DNA of 64,000 bases from Archaeoglobus sp. JdFR-37 (GTDB lineage: Archaea > Halobacteriota > Archaeoglobi > Archaeoglobales > Archaeoglobaceae). The stretch lies in contig MTMY01000003.1 in NCBI GenBank assembly GCA_002010215.1, positions 1 to 64,000 of the forward strand. The letters are read 5' to 3'. Numbering within the stretch: the stretch's first letter is position 1; the number at the start of each line of letters is the position of its first letter. The notes beneath the pieces were generated by a model that was not told the DNA's origin, did no database searches, and saw only the letters and a list, made by a program, of their open reading frames with translations. The position numbers and the translations under genes were made by a program. Below, one piece after another: positions 53,317-62,306 of the stretch.

Positions 53317-53706
53317 TCAAACACGTCGAAGCATGCGTCTTAGGTCTTCTCTGGTTACCTCATTTCTCCTTTTCTGATCTTTCCACAATTTTCTGAACTG
53401 GTAAAAATACTCATAAAGTTCGAGAATGTTTCTGCAAAACACAACTTCATGCCTTTCAATCACTTCCATTTTCATGTACAGCGGAAGTTCCTCAAAAAGC
53501 CAGACATCGTACTTCTTTCCGGCTACATCTACCTGTCTGAAGACCTCCTTTATATCAAAGCCCTCCGGGGCAACTATGCATATGTCAGTGTCTCTACCCT
53601 CTTCACCTTCTATTGCTTTTGAACCAAATATGAGGACTGCAAGAACCCTGTCTTTCAGAAATTCAAAGTCTCTGGCTACTCTGGTTGCACTCTCTCTTTC
53701 AACCAT
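53317..53706 (-). CDS. Minimal nucleotidyltransferase (MNT antitoxin)
   Basis: IFGS..........DTDICIV; FEELPLY. Confidence 0.85.
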   Translation of the reverse strand: MVERESATRVARDFEFLKDRVLAVLIFGSKAIEGEEGRDTDICIVAPEGFDIKEVFRQVDVAGKKYDVWLFEELPLYMKMEVIERHEVVFCRNILELYEYFYQFRKLWKDQKRRNEVTREDLRRMLRRV

Positions 53707-54095
53707 AACTCCATCACCCGGATAAACTCTTCAAGGCACGGAATAATCTCTACTATTGATTCGAGAGCGAGTTTGTCGTTCAACCCGTTATAGTGGTGAA
53801 CCAGTCTATTTCTCAGACCATTAGCAACTTTTAAACAGCCTGAAAGCTCTTCATCCATCAGCTCTCCCCATTTCTGGAGGTTTGTATAGTCGTCTTTAGG
53901 AGGATATCCTGAATCTTTCAGAAACATGGCCACCAAATCGCATGCAGCTTCAACAGCTTCCTGCGCAGCTTTATAAACGGCCAATCTCGACTTCTTATCC
54001 TCTTTGGCCTCATTTATCCAGTTGAGGATGTCACCAATTCTTTCTTCCATGTGTCTGAGTTTGTCCAGATATCGGGCAGCCCTTTTCCCGTCCAC
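53676..54095 (-). CDS. HEPN (DUF86) RNase toxin
   Basis: GLRNRLVHHY (Rx4H-Y), P.DDY.N. Confidence 0.88.
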   Translation of the reverse strand: MDGKRAARYLDKLRHMEERIGDILNWINEAKEDKKSRLAVYKAAQEAVEAACDLVAMFLKDSGYPPKDDYTNLQKWGELMDEELSGCLKVANGLRNRLVHHYNGLNDKLALESIVEIIPCLEEFIRVMELWLKERVQPE

Positions 54096-54284
54096 AATTT
54101 AATTATGCCATTGTTATATAAGGTCTTTTTCGTTTCTCTTCTTTTATGCCGAGATTCAGATGCTTTCAGATGATCTCAACCACCTGATATTTCCCCCCAT
54201 TCTTCCCCCATCCTTTCCCATCACAGAAAAGGTGAACCTCCAACTACAGAAAGATATTAAACCGTGGTTTTGCACTTCAGGGCA

Positions 54285-56297
54285 ATGGATGGATGCTGGC
54301 TCATAATAACTGAAAAGGATAATACTGCCCGCAGGATAGCTTCAATCCTTTTTAAGGATGTTAAGAGGGAGAGAAAATATGGCATAAACATCTACCACTC
54401 TCCATCAGATAACGCTTATGTTCTCGGGCTTAAAGGCCATATTGTTGAGCTCGATTTCCCGAAAGAATATCAGAGCTGGCAGAGAGTTCCACTTCAATCC
54501 CTCCTGAGAGCCGAGCTGGTCAAGGAGGTGAAGGAAAAGGGGATAGCGAGACTCCTGAAGGAGCTGGGCAGGAAAGCTTCGAAAGTCACCATTGCAACGG
54601 ATTATGACAGGGAGGGTGAGCTCATTGGCTTTGAGGCTCTTGAAATCATCAAGGAGGTAAACTCAGCAGTTAAGGTTGATAGAGCCAAATATTCCGCCAT
54701 AACTCCTGCAGACATCAAAAATGCCTTTTCAAATCGCACCAGCGTTGACATCAATCTGGCGAAGGCGGCTGAGACCAGGCAAATCATAGATCTCATATGG
54801 GGTTCAGTTCTCACCAGAATGATCTCTCTGTCCTCAGGCAGACTGGGGAAGGACTTTCTGAGCGTTGGAAGAGTTCAATCACCCACCTTACGCCTTATAG
54901 TTGAAAGGGAGAAAGAAATTCAGAATTTCGTCCCAACACCCTACTGGGAGATTTTTGCAAGGTTCAGGCATGAAAATGGCGAATTCGAGGCGAAGCACGT
55001 TAAGAGGTTTGAGGTTAAAGAAGAGGCACAGAAAGCCTTTGAAAAAATAGGGAAGACGGCAAGAGTAGTAAAATTCGTTAAATCAACCAAAGAGGAGGCA
55101 AAGCCCATACCCTTCAACACAACGGAATTTCTGAGGGAGGCAAGCAAGTTCATGAGTCCGGACAGAGCCATGAGTATTGCCGAAAACCTCTACATGAACG
55201 GTTACATTTCATATCCAAGAACCGACAACACCGTTTATCCAAAAACCCTCAATGTTATTGGGATGGCCAAGCAGTTCTTGAGCCCAAACAGCCCCTTCAA
55301 AAAAGAAGCTGAAATCGTCTTCTCTCAGGAAAAAATAGTGCCATCAAAGGGCAGAAGGGAGACGCAAGATCATCCACCGATATATCCCACTGCCGTTGCA
55401 ACGCAAAATGACCTTGGCAAGGATGAGTGGAGGATATATGAGCTTGTAGTAAGAAGATTCCTAGCAACACTTGCCCCAACAGCTATATGGGATGTCAAAA
55501 CGACTGAGATAGATGCCAACGGTGAGAAGTTCAGAGCTTCAGGCAGAAAACTGATTAGAGCGGGATGGAGAGCTATCTACATCTACTCCAAGGCCGAAGA
55601 ATCTTTTCTTCCCGATATGGCTGAAAATGATATACTCGAAATTCTGAAAAAGGACTTGGTGGAGAAGGAAACGAAGCCTCCCGGAAGGTATTCAACAGGG
55701 AATCTCATCAAAATAATGGAGAGGATAGGGCTTGGCACGAAATCCACAAGGCATGAGATCATCAAGAAGCTTTACAGCCGGAAATACGTTTACGGTAATC
55801 CGCTACGTCCGACGCAGACGGCTTTCGCTGTAATTGACGCTCTGAAAAACAATGCTGAAACCATAACGCTCCCCGACATGACTGCAAAGCTTGAGAAGGA
55901 CATGGACGCAATAGCTGAGGGCAAAATTCAGCAGAACTACGTTGTTGAGGAGTCGGTGAAGTTTCTGGAAGAGATTCTGAAGAGCACGAACCTCAGTGAG
56001 CTGTCAAAGAACCTCAAAGAGGGCGTCAGAAAGGACAACGTAATCGGCAAATGTCCTGAATGTGGCAGAGAGCTGGTGGTGAGAAGGACGAAAGACAAAA
56101 AGAGGTTTATTGGGTGCAGCGGCTTCCCCGATTGCAGGTTTACTTTACCTTTGCCACAAAACGGCAGCCTTTACGTCACAGCAAAGAAATGCAAAGAGCA
56201 CGAGATAAACATGGTGAAGATAAAAACGAAGAAGGGGTACTGGGATCTGGGCTGCCCCTACTGCAATTATCTGGAGTGGAAGGCTAAGCAGAGCTGA
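54285..56297 (+). CDS. topA: Type IA DNA topoisomerase
   Basis: ITEK, GHI, ATDYDREGE, SVGRVQSPT, ISYPRTD, HPPI.PT; C-terminal Zn ribbons. Confidence 0.95.
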   Translation: MDGCWLIITEKDNTARRIASILFKDVKRERKYGINIYHSPSDNAYVLGLKGHIVELDFPKEYQSWQRVPLQSLLRAELVKEVKEKGIARLLKELGRKASKVTIATDYDREGELIGFEALEIIKEVNSAVKVDRAKYSAITPADIKNAFSNRTSVDINLAKAAETRQIIDLIWGSVLTRMISLSSGRLGKDFLSVGRVQSPTLRLIVEREKEIQNFVPTPYWEIFARFRHENGEFEAKHVKRFEVKEEAQKAFEKIGKTARVVKFVKSTKEEAKPIPFNTTEFLREASKFMSPDRAMSIAENLYMNGYISYPRTDNTVYPKTLNVIGMAKQFLSPNSPFKKEAEIVFSQEKIVPSKGRRETQDHPPIYPTAVATQNDLGKDEWRIYELVVRRFLATLAPTAIWDVKTTEIDANGEKFRASGRKLIRAGWRAIYIYSKAEESFLPDMAENDILEILKKDLVEKETKPPGRYSTGNLIKIMERIGLGTKSTRHEIIKKLYSRKYVYGNPLRPTQTAFAVIDALKNNAETITLPDMTAKLEKDMDAIAEGKIQQNYVVEESVKFLEEILKSTNLSELSKNLKEGVRKDNVIGKCPECGRELVVRRTKDKKRFIGCSGFPDCRFTLPLPQNGSLYVTAKKCKEHEINMVKIKTKKGYWDLGCPYCNYLEWKAKQS

Positions 56298-56312
56298 GGT
56301 TCAGTCGTTCGT

Positions 56313-57455
56313 TCAATCGTTTATGCAGAGCATGTGCCCCATCTTATCCTTCTTCGCCTTCAGATAACCAAGATTTTCGCTACAGGGCTCAACCTCGATG
56401 GGCTCTCTGTCCACCACTAGCCCATACATCCTGAGCTCCTCTAACTTAAGGGGATTGTTGGTCATCAGCCTTACTTTCTTCACCCCCAAATCCAGTAAAA
56501 TCTGGGCTGCAATGCCGTAGCTTCTCATATCTGGTGGGAAACCAAGCTCTATATTGGCTTCAACGGTATCCTTTCCCTCCTCCTGCAGCTTGTACGCCAT
56601 CAGCTTGTTTATCAGCCCGATCCCTCTTCCCTCATGCCCCTTCATGTAAATTACAACTCCCTTCCCTTCCTCATCAATTTTTTTAAGAGCTCTTTCCAGC
56701 TGATCACCGCAATCACACCGCAGAGAATGGAACACGTCTCCAGTCAGGCATTCTGAATGTATTCTGACCAGCACATCTCCCTCACCCACATCCCCTTTTA
56801 CAGCTACCATTATCTCGCCCAAGGGAGTTTTATATCCGACAGCTCTGAGCTCTCCGTAGAACTTTGTGGGGAGCGAAGCCTCAACGACCCTCTCCACCAA
56901 CTTCTCGTTCCGAAGCCTGTAGGAGATTAGCTCTTCAATGGAGATGGCTGGAATGTTGCGTTTTGCTGCAAAATCTAGGGCATACTCCTTGCCTGCTACC
57001 TCTCCATCCGGGGTGATAAGATAAGCGTAAACTGCTGAATGGCTCAGCCCCGCCATTCTTGCAACGTCAATTGCTGCTTCGCCAAACCCCGGCCTCTCCA
57101 GAACTCCACCCTCTTTGACCTCCTCCACGAAAATTCTTCCGGGGTATATTATGTTGCCAGCGTTGATTTCCCCACTGACAAGGTCTTTGATGAATCTCGC
57201 CCTCTCTTCAGCAGAAAATCCGTTGGTCTTGATATCGATGGGTATGAAATTCCCTCCATAAAAGCGGAAGCGGTTCAGGCCGAGTCTCTCAATAATCCTC
57301 CAAGGAAGAGCGACTCGCAATTCATCGCAGTTCCTCATAAGGAATGCAACGGCTGAAGGAGATGCAACATCAGCCGGAAATGTCAGAGTAGATTTGGATT
57401 CCTCATAAATTACCGAAACTCCTCCTTTCTTGGCGTGGAGAATGACTTTTTCCAT
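56313..57455 (-). CDS. ribA: GTP cyclohydrolase II fused to a degenerate RibB-like domain
   Basis: RIHSECLTGD..HSLRCDCG, EGRGIG, MTNNP, YLKAKKDKMGH. Confidence 0.9.
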   Translation of the reverse strand: MEKVILHAKKGGVSVIYEESKSTLTFPADVASPSAVAFLMRNCDELRVALPWRIIERLGLNRFRFYGGNFIPIDIKTNGFSAEERARFIKDLVSGEINAGNIIYPGRIFVEEVKEGGVLERPGFGEAAIDVARMAGLSHSAVYAYLITPDGEVAGKEYALDFAAKRNIPAISIEELISYRLRNEKLVERVVEASLPTKFYGELRAVGYKTPLGEIMVAVKGDVGEGDVLVRIHSECLTGDVFHSLRCDCGDQLERALKKIDEEGKGVVIYMKGHEGRGIGLINKLMAYKLQEEGKDTVEANIELGFPPDMRSYGIAAQILLDLGVKKVRLMTNNPLKLEELRMYGLVVDREPIEVEPCSENLGYLKAKKDKMGHMLCIND

Positions 57456-57509
57456 GGAGAACTTGGAGCGATGCGATATAAATAGCTTATGAAATTTTTG
57501 AGAAGCATC

Positions 57510-57701
57510 TCACTTATGCGAATCTCTGTGCCTTTCCCCTTCTTCTCCTTCTATCATCTCTCTGTATTCACCCTCAGTCATCTCAAGCACGTAGCTTCCC
57601 ACATAACCGCACTTCTTGCAGTAGTATTTGCCAGTATATCCGCCAGCATCAAGCTCAATTTCGGTGGAATTGCAAACTGGACAGACCAGGATTCTTCTCA
57701 T
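57510..57701 (-). CDS. Small zinc-finger protein
   Basis: CPVC...CKKCGY. Confidence 0.75.
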   Translation of the reverse strand: MRRILVCPVCNSTEIELDAGGYTGKYYCKKCGYVGSYVLEMTEGEYREMIEGEEGERHRDSHK

Positions 57702-57780
57702 GCTTACTAAATTTTATAATTTTGTATTAAACCTTTCCGGTATCAAGAAAATCATATTAAGTGTTAATGGATGTTAACAG

Positions 57781-57812
57781 TTATCAAAAATTTGATAAGT
57801 AAATTTTATATA
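57781..57812 (+). promoter_or_regulatory. Inverted repeat TTATCAAA-N2-TTTGATAA followed by BRE/TATA (TTTATATA)
   Basis: Palindrome 57781-57798, TATA 57805-57812, directly upstream of the peptide gene. Confidence 0.6.
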
Positions 57813-57844
57813 TTTGCTCCACAACTAATCAGTGGGTGATATGC

Positions 57845-57907
57845 ATGAAGGTGAAAAAAGTTGAGAAGAGAGTGGTCGGAATCTGCAAGTGCAATGTTTC
57901 GTGCTGA
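57845..57907 (+). CDS. Putative RiPP precursor peptide MKVKKVEKRVVGICKCNVSC
   Basis: GGTGA RBS 5 nt upstream; basic leader plus CxCxxxC C-terminus; upstream of the rSAM/SPASM gene. Confidence 0.65.
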   Translation: MKVKKVEKRVVGICKCNVSC

Positions 57908-57940
57908 AGGTCGCATGATGACAAGAGAGTGTTGATTACC

Positions 57941-58129
57941 ATGACAGGAACCAACCATATTGAGCTGATTTGTTATCACTGCGAGTTCTATAAACCGAGT
58001 GATGTGGGGCTGGAGTGTGCAGCCTTTAAAATACTAAGACATCTTATTGAAACTGGGAAGATTACCGAGGAGGACGTGAAACTTGCCGCATCTACGTCTT
58101 GCGGACAGAGTGTTGTTAAGAGTGTTTGA
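57941..58129 (+). CDS. Small Cys-motif accessory protein
   Basis: ICYHCEFYKPSDVGLECAAF; overlaps the rSAM start. Confidence 0.65.
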   Translation: MTGTNHIELICYHCEFYKPSDVGLECAAFKILRHLIETGKITEEDVKLAASTSCGQSVVKSV

Positions 58130-59207
58130 TGGGCCCTACGCCTACAACGCTGCAAACAATGAGCTTTACGAACTGGATGATGAAGCTCTTGATTTTTTGA
58201 AGAGTTGTGATGGAAGGTTTGTTGAAATCGGTAAAGTAGATAAAGATTTTCTCAATTTTTTGATTTCTGAAGGGCTCTTAGTTGAGAGAGGCGAGAGGCG
58301 GGATATTGAAGTAATCTCTGCTGAAGAGCCGTCGCTTCGCTATTTGCTTGTAAATGTAACCTGGCTCTGCAATTTGAAGTGTGAACACTGCTATGTACAT
58401 CAGAGAAGGGAATTTATGAATTTTGAGACGTTTAAAAAGACTGTTGACGATTTTTACGCTATTGGTGGTTTGAAGCTGATGATTTCTGGAGGAGAGCCAC
58501 TTCTCCACCCAAAGATATGGAGTTTTCTGGAGTATGCAAGAAAGAAGCCTTTCAGGATTGTTCTGCTCACCAACGGCCTTTTGATTGGGGAAAAAGAAGC
58601 TGAGAGGCTGAAAGAGCTTGTAGATGAAGTTCAGGTCAGCATTGATGGCATTGAGGGTCATGAAAGGCTGAGGGGTGTGGAGTTCGAAGCAGCAATGAAG
58701 GCTGTGAAAACGCTTGTAAATGCCGGAGTTGACGTTTCCGTCTCCACTATGGTCACAAAATACAACCTAGGAGAATTCGAGAAACTTAGCACCATGCTTT
58801 CAGAATGCGGCGTTATAAGATGGGCAATAGACTATCCAACGACTCTAGAGAATGTTGTCCCTGATTTTAATATTGCGGCTGAAATAATGTCAAAATACGG
58901 GTTTGGGGATCTGGGACATGAGGGTAGTGGCGGTTTTGCATGTGGTGCACATTTCGCATCCGTTTCCCCTTCTGGAATGGTTTCCAAATGTGGATTCTTT
59001 GAGGACGAGGCCGTTGGATCTGTTGGAGATGGACTGAAGACATGCTGGGAAAGGTTGAAAGAGAAATACATCTGGACAATTGATGAACTGCAGTGCCAGT
59101 GCGAGTTCAGGCAGGAGTGCAGAGGGGGATGCAGGTATAGAGCTCTGGTTTACTCAGGTAACTTGTTTGGCGAAGACCCAGTAATGTGCCGGATTTTTGG
59201 GAAATAA
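58083..59207 (+). CDS. Radical SAM/SPASM enzyme with PqqD/RRE-like N-terminus
   Basis: CNLKCEHC, SGGEP; SPASM CGA..V.P.G.VSKC and CQC....CRGGCR...DPVMC; N-terminal AYN..NNELYELDDEALDFL; TTG start after GAGGAGG. Confidence 0.88.
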   Translation: MPHLRLADRVLLRVFDGPYAYNAANNELYELDDEALDFLKSCDGRFVEIGKVDKDFLNFLISEGLLVERGERRDIEVISAEEPSLRYLLVNVTWLCNLKCEHCYVHQRREFMNFETFKKTVDDFYAIGGLKLMISGGEPLLHPKIWSFLEYARKKPFRIVLLTNGLLIGEKEAERLKELVDEVQVSIDGIEGHERLRGVEFEAAMKAVKTLVNAGVDVSVSTMVTKYNLGEFEKLSTMLSECGVIRWAIDYPTTLENVVPDFNIAAEIMSKYGFGDLGHEGSGGFACGAHFASVSPSGMVSKCGFFEDEAVGSVGDGLKTCWERLKEKYIWTIDELQCQCEFRQECRGGCRYRALVYSGNLFGEDPVMCRIFGK

Positions 59208-59227
59208 CGTGGTCAAACCCTCAAAAC

Positions 59228-60469
59228 TCACTCGAAGAGCTCCAGTGTAATTGTGCTCTTCAGGCTCTTTTCGATGCTGTTCAGAATCTCCATTCTGTAA
59301 TCTTCAAGCAGCACCTCTTTCAGAGATTCGGGATCCACATCTATTCTTATCTCCCTCGTCCTCCCATATCTACCCTTGGAGATTATTATGGAGTTTATTA
59401 TGCCCATCATGTCAAGCTCGCTTATGAGGTCACTCACTCTTCTCTGCGTCAGCACATCAAGCCCCACTTTCTTGCAGAGGGAGCGGTAAACTGCATAGAC
59501 CTCGCCAGTGGTAAACTTCCTCTTCCCAATTTCGTTCAGCAAAATCATGCTGTAGAGCAAAACCTTGTTTTGCGTTGGAAGAGTTCTGACAACTTCAATA
59601 ACATGATCCATCTCAATTTTCTTGACAGCTCTCTTCACGTGCTCCCTAGTAACCCTATCAGCATCCTCCTTCTCCGCTATCTCACCACTTACCCTCAGCA
59701 GATCCAAGGCTTTCCTAGCATCTCCATGTTCTTGGGCAGCAAGAGCGGCACAGTAGGGGATAACCTCATCGTCCAGCGCCCCATCAAAGAAAGCAAGCTC
59801 AGCCCTCTGCATAAGAATATCCTGAAGCTGTTCTGCATTGTATGGGGGAAATATTAGTTCCTCCTCGCTGAGAGAGCTCACGACTCTGGGATCCAGAAAG
59901 CTCTTGAACTTCAGGTCATTGCTTATTCCTATAAGGCTGACCCTGGCATTTTCCAGCTCGTAGTTTATTCTCGACAGGTTGTAGAGAACCTCGTCTCCTT
60001 TTCTGACCAGCTTGTCTATTTCATCCAGCACGATTATAACGGTTTGATCTCTCGCATCTATTGCTCTCCTGACCTCCTCATAAACCTGATCTGTTGGCCA
60101 GCCGGTCATGGGCACGTTTTTGCCCAGCGCCTTGGCTAAAGTTGCCAGAACACGGTACTGCGTGTCAATAACCTCGCAGTTGAGATAGTGAATGCAGCAG
60201 TGAACCCCCATCTTAATGCTGGCCTGTTCAAGCTGTTTTCCTACAAACTTGACGGTTGCGGTCTTTCCAGTCCCGGTTTTCCCGTAGATGAGGACATTAG
60301 ATGGAGTTTCACCCTGAAGGGCAGGAACAAGTATGGATGCCAAGGCATTTATCTGCTCATTCCTGTGAGGCAGGTGCTCGGGCGTATAAGAATGCCTGAG
60401 TACATCCCTGTTTATGAAAATCCTGGTCTTCTTTAACATTTTTTCGAAAATATTACCATCATTGTACAT
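59228..60469 (-). CDS. cdc6: Orc1/Cdc6 replication initiator
   Basis: YTPEHLPHR, GKTGTGKT, LDEID, FPPY, GDARKA, GRYGRTR; start MYND at 60469. Confidence 0.96.
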   Translation of the reverse strand: MYNDGNIFEKMLKKTRIFINRDVLRHSYTPEHLPHRNEQINALASILVPALQGETPSNVLIYGKTGTGKTATVKFVGKQLEQASIKMGVHCCIHYLNCEVIDTQYRVLATLAKALGKNVPMTGWPTDQVYEEVRRAIDARDQTVIIVLDEIDKLVRKGDEVLYNLSRINYELENARVSLIGISNDLKFKSFLDPRVVSSLSEEELIFPPYNAEQLQDILMQRAELAFFDGALDDEVIPYCAALAAQEHGDARKALDLLRVSGEIAEKEDADRVTREHVKRAVKKIEMDHVIEVVRTLPTQNKVLLYSMILLNEIGKRKFTTGEVYAVYRSLCKKVGLDVLTQRRVSDLISELDMMGIINSIIISKGRYGRTREIRIDVDPESLKEVLLEDYRMEILNSIEKSLKSTITLELFE

Positions 60470-60539
60470 AAGCCGACACCCTAAGAAGTGATAGGTCAAC
60501 GGATGCATCCTTTAAGAGCTTTACCCTAAATTTATTCGA

Positions 60540-60562
60540 CCCCCTTCATTTCCACTGGAGAT
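60540..60562 (-). promoter_or_regulatory. Origin recognition box (ORB) with G-string
   Basis: Minus strand TCTCCAGTGGAAATGAAGGGGG upstream of cdc6. Confidence 0.8.
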
Positions 60563-60625
60563 TCCCTATAAAAATGTTCAGTGAATTATTTGTTTTTATT
60601 GTCTGGATAAATAGAGATACTTACG

Positions 60626-62281
60626 TTAAAGTGCAATTGAAAGCCAGAGCTCCGGATTTTTGAACTGGTTGCCAAGAACTTTTTTCAGCTCTTCAATACT
60701 CCTGAAAGGTCTTTCAGCCACAATCTTTGCCGCCAGACTTCTCCCTATTCCCGGTACTGCCTCCAACTGTTTCAGAGTTGCTCTGTTAACGTCAAGTGGC
60801 GCCTCCACTGCAGTAATGGAGCGTTGACCATAATCGACGACCCTAGCGTCCAGCCAGGTGTTTCTGTCATATTCACCAATAAGGCCTATGAGAAGGGGAT
60901 AGGTTGCAAGCTGTCTTGCAAAGGTTATTTTACCCTCTTTAACCTCGCACCTGAGGGATGTAATTCTTCTACCGACAGGGACAATTTTCTTCAGCATCTC
61001 TGTGTCTATATCCCTCCTTACCCTCTCCTTGAACCTTCTGAAGTACTTCTTATGTCTCCTTACGTTTTTATCTCCAAAACTCTCCATGGGCGTGCCTTTT
61101 AAAATCTTGACCTGCCTTATGTTTATCCTCCTGAGCAGAAGCCCCCTCTCCATTACCTCCTCCAGAAACCGGAAGTTTTTCTCGAAGGTCTCTTTTGTCT
61201 CGCCTTTCAGACCTATGACGAAATTGATGCCCGGAAGGAGATACGGCAGCCCATTATGGCCGATATATCTGCCGTATTTGTTTACGAGCTCAATGGCCAT
61301 CATAACCTCATCAGGCATAGCTGCCAAGTTGTTTGCTTCTACAACCCCCTCATCAGCACTTTCAAGGCCCATTGCTGCCACGTTGCCTGGTGATTGATAC
61401 ATCACGATGGTTTTGATAACTTCAGCACTCGCCTCCGGATACTCAGCGATGGTTTTGGGATTGACGTTATCTAAATGCAGCGTTTTGATATTCGGGCAGC
61501 GTCTCCAAACTTCTCGGTGGAAGGCAAGCATAAATTCTGGATCAGGCTTTGGAAACTCCTTTGAGAAGTCTCCACCGTAGGTCAGGAAGTCAGTCTGGTT
61601 TCCCAACCTGAAGTGGCGTATCCCGTTTCTGTAAAGGCTCTCTATCTCATCAATCACCGCTTTACCATCTCTCATTTGTGGAACGCTGTGGATTCTCTCG
61701 ATGCAGAAGCTACATCCCCGCCAGTAGCAGCCCTTGTAGGTTTCAATCTCGCAGATCAGGTTTGGAAATTCAGGATGCTGCCTGACAACTTCACTTCCGA
61801 GAACTGCGAAGCGGTTTACGAAGTTTCTTGTAGGGCTGGACGATTCAGATTCTATTTCCCTGTCCTTTTCTCCGGCAATCCTGCAGAGCAGACGGAAGAG
61901 ATGATATTCAAAGGGGAATGGGAGGACTTCATAGTCGAGAGTTTCAAGCTCTCTCATTTCTGTTTCGAGAACGATGGGCCCAACTAGAATCTTCTTTTCA
62001 GCCCTTATGTTCAGTCTGCCCAGTTCTGTTAGAGAAAGAGGTTTACCGCCCAGATACTTGCCAGGAACGGCAATTCCCGCTATGATAATTGCTATATCTA
62101 CCCTGTCGAAATAGGCTTTCGCCTCTCTGCTCCTCCTGAAGTGGTCTATAGTGGTGTAGTATGCAGGAATGCCGAGGTCTTTCAGCATCCCGTAGATGTA
62201 GCGCGGATAAGGGGAGATGTAGGGAGGAACGCCCAGACACGAGGGTTCATCAACGTAGCCATCCAAGATTGCCGCCTTCAT
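60626..62281 (-). CDS. Radical SAM protein with TRAM-like and C-terminal helix-hairpin-helix domains (COG1031-type)
   Basis: DGYVDEP..LGVPPY, GCYWRGCSFC, RRINIRQV, LDVN.AT..QLEAVPGIG. Confidence 0.85.
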   Translation of the reverse strand: MKAAILDGYVDEPSCLGVPPYISPYPRYIYGMLKDLGIPAYYTTIDHFRRSREAKAYFDRVDIAIIIAGIAVPGKYLGGKPLSLTELGRLNIRAEKKILVGPIVLETEMRELETLDYEVLPFPFEYHLFRLLCRIAGEKDREIESESSSPTRNFVNRFAVLGSEVVRQHPEFPNLICEIETYKGCYWRGCSFCIERIHSVPQMRDGKAVIDEIESLYRNGIRHFRLGNQTDFLTYGGDFSKEFPKPDPEFMLAFHREVWRRCPNIKTLHLDNVNPKTIAEYPEASAEVIKTIVMYQSPGNVAAMGLESADEGVVEANNLAAMPDEVMMAIELVNKYGRYIGHNGLPYLLPGINFVIGLKGETKETFEKNFRFLEEVMERGLLLRRINIRQVKILKGTPMESFGDKNVRRHKKYFRRFKERVRRDIDTEMLKKIVPVGRRITSLRCEVKEGKITFARQLATYPLLIGLIGEYDRNTWLDARVVDYGQRSITAVEAPLDVNRATLKQLEAVPGIGRSLAAKIVAERPFRSIEELKKVLGNQFKNPELWLSIAL

Positions 62282-62306
62282 TTTGGTAGGTTATGGAATG
62301 TTACCA

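Noticed and set aside
54190..54225. TTCCCCCAT-like repeats as a G-quadruplex or CRISPR remnant
   Set aside because: Only three clear G-runs and no repeat-spacer periodicity.
57941..58129. Accessory protein and rSAM as one frameshifted gene
   Set aside because: The rSAM has its own GAGGAGG plus TTG start and the overlap looks like normal coupling; not fully excluded without homologs.
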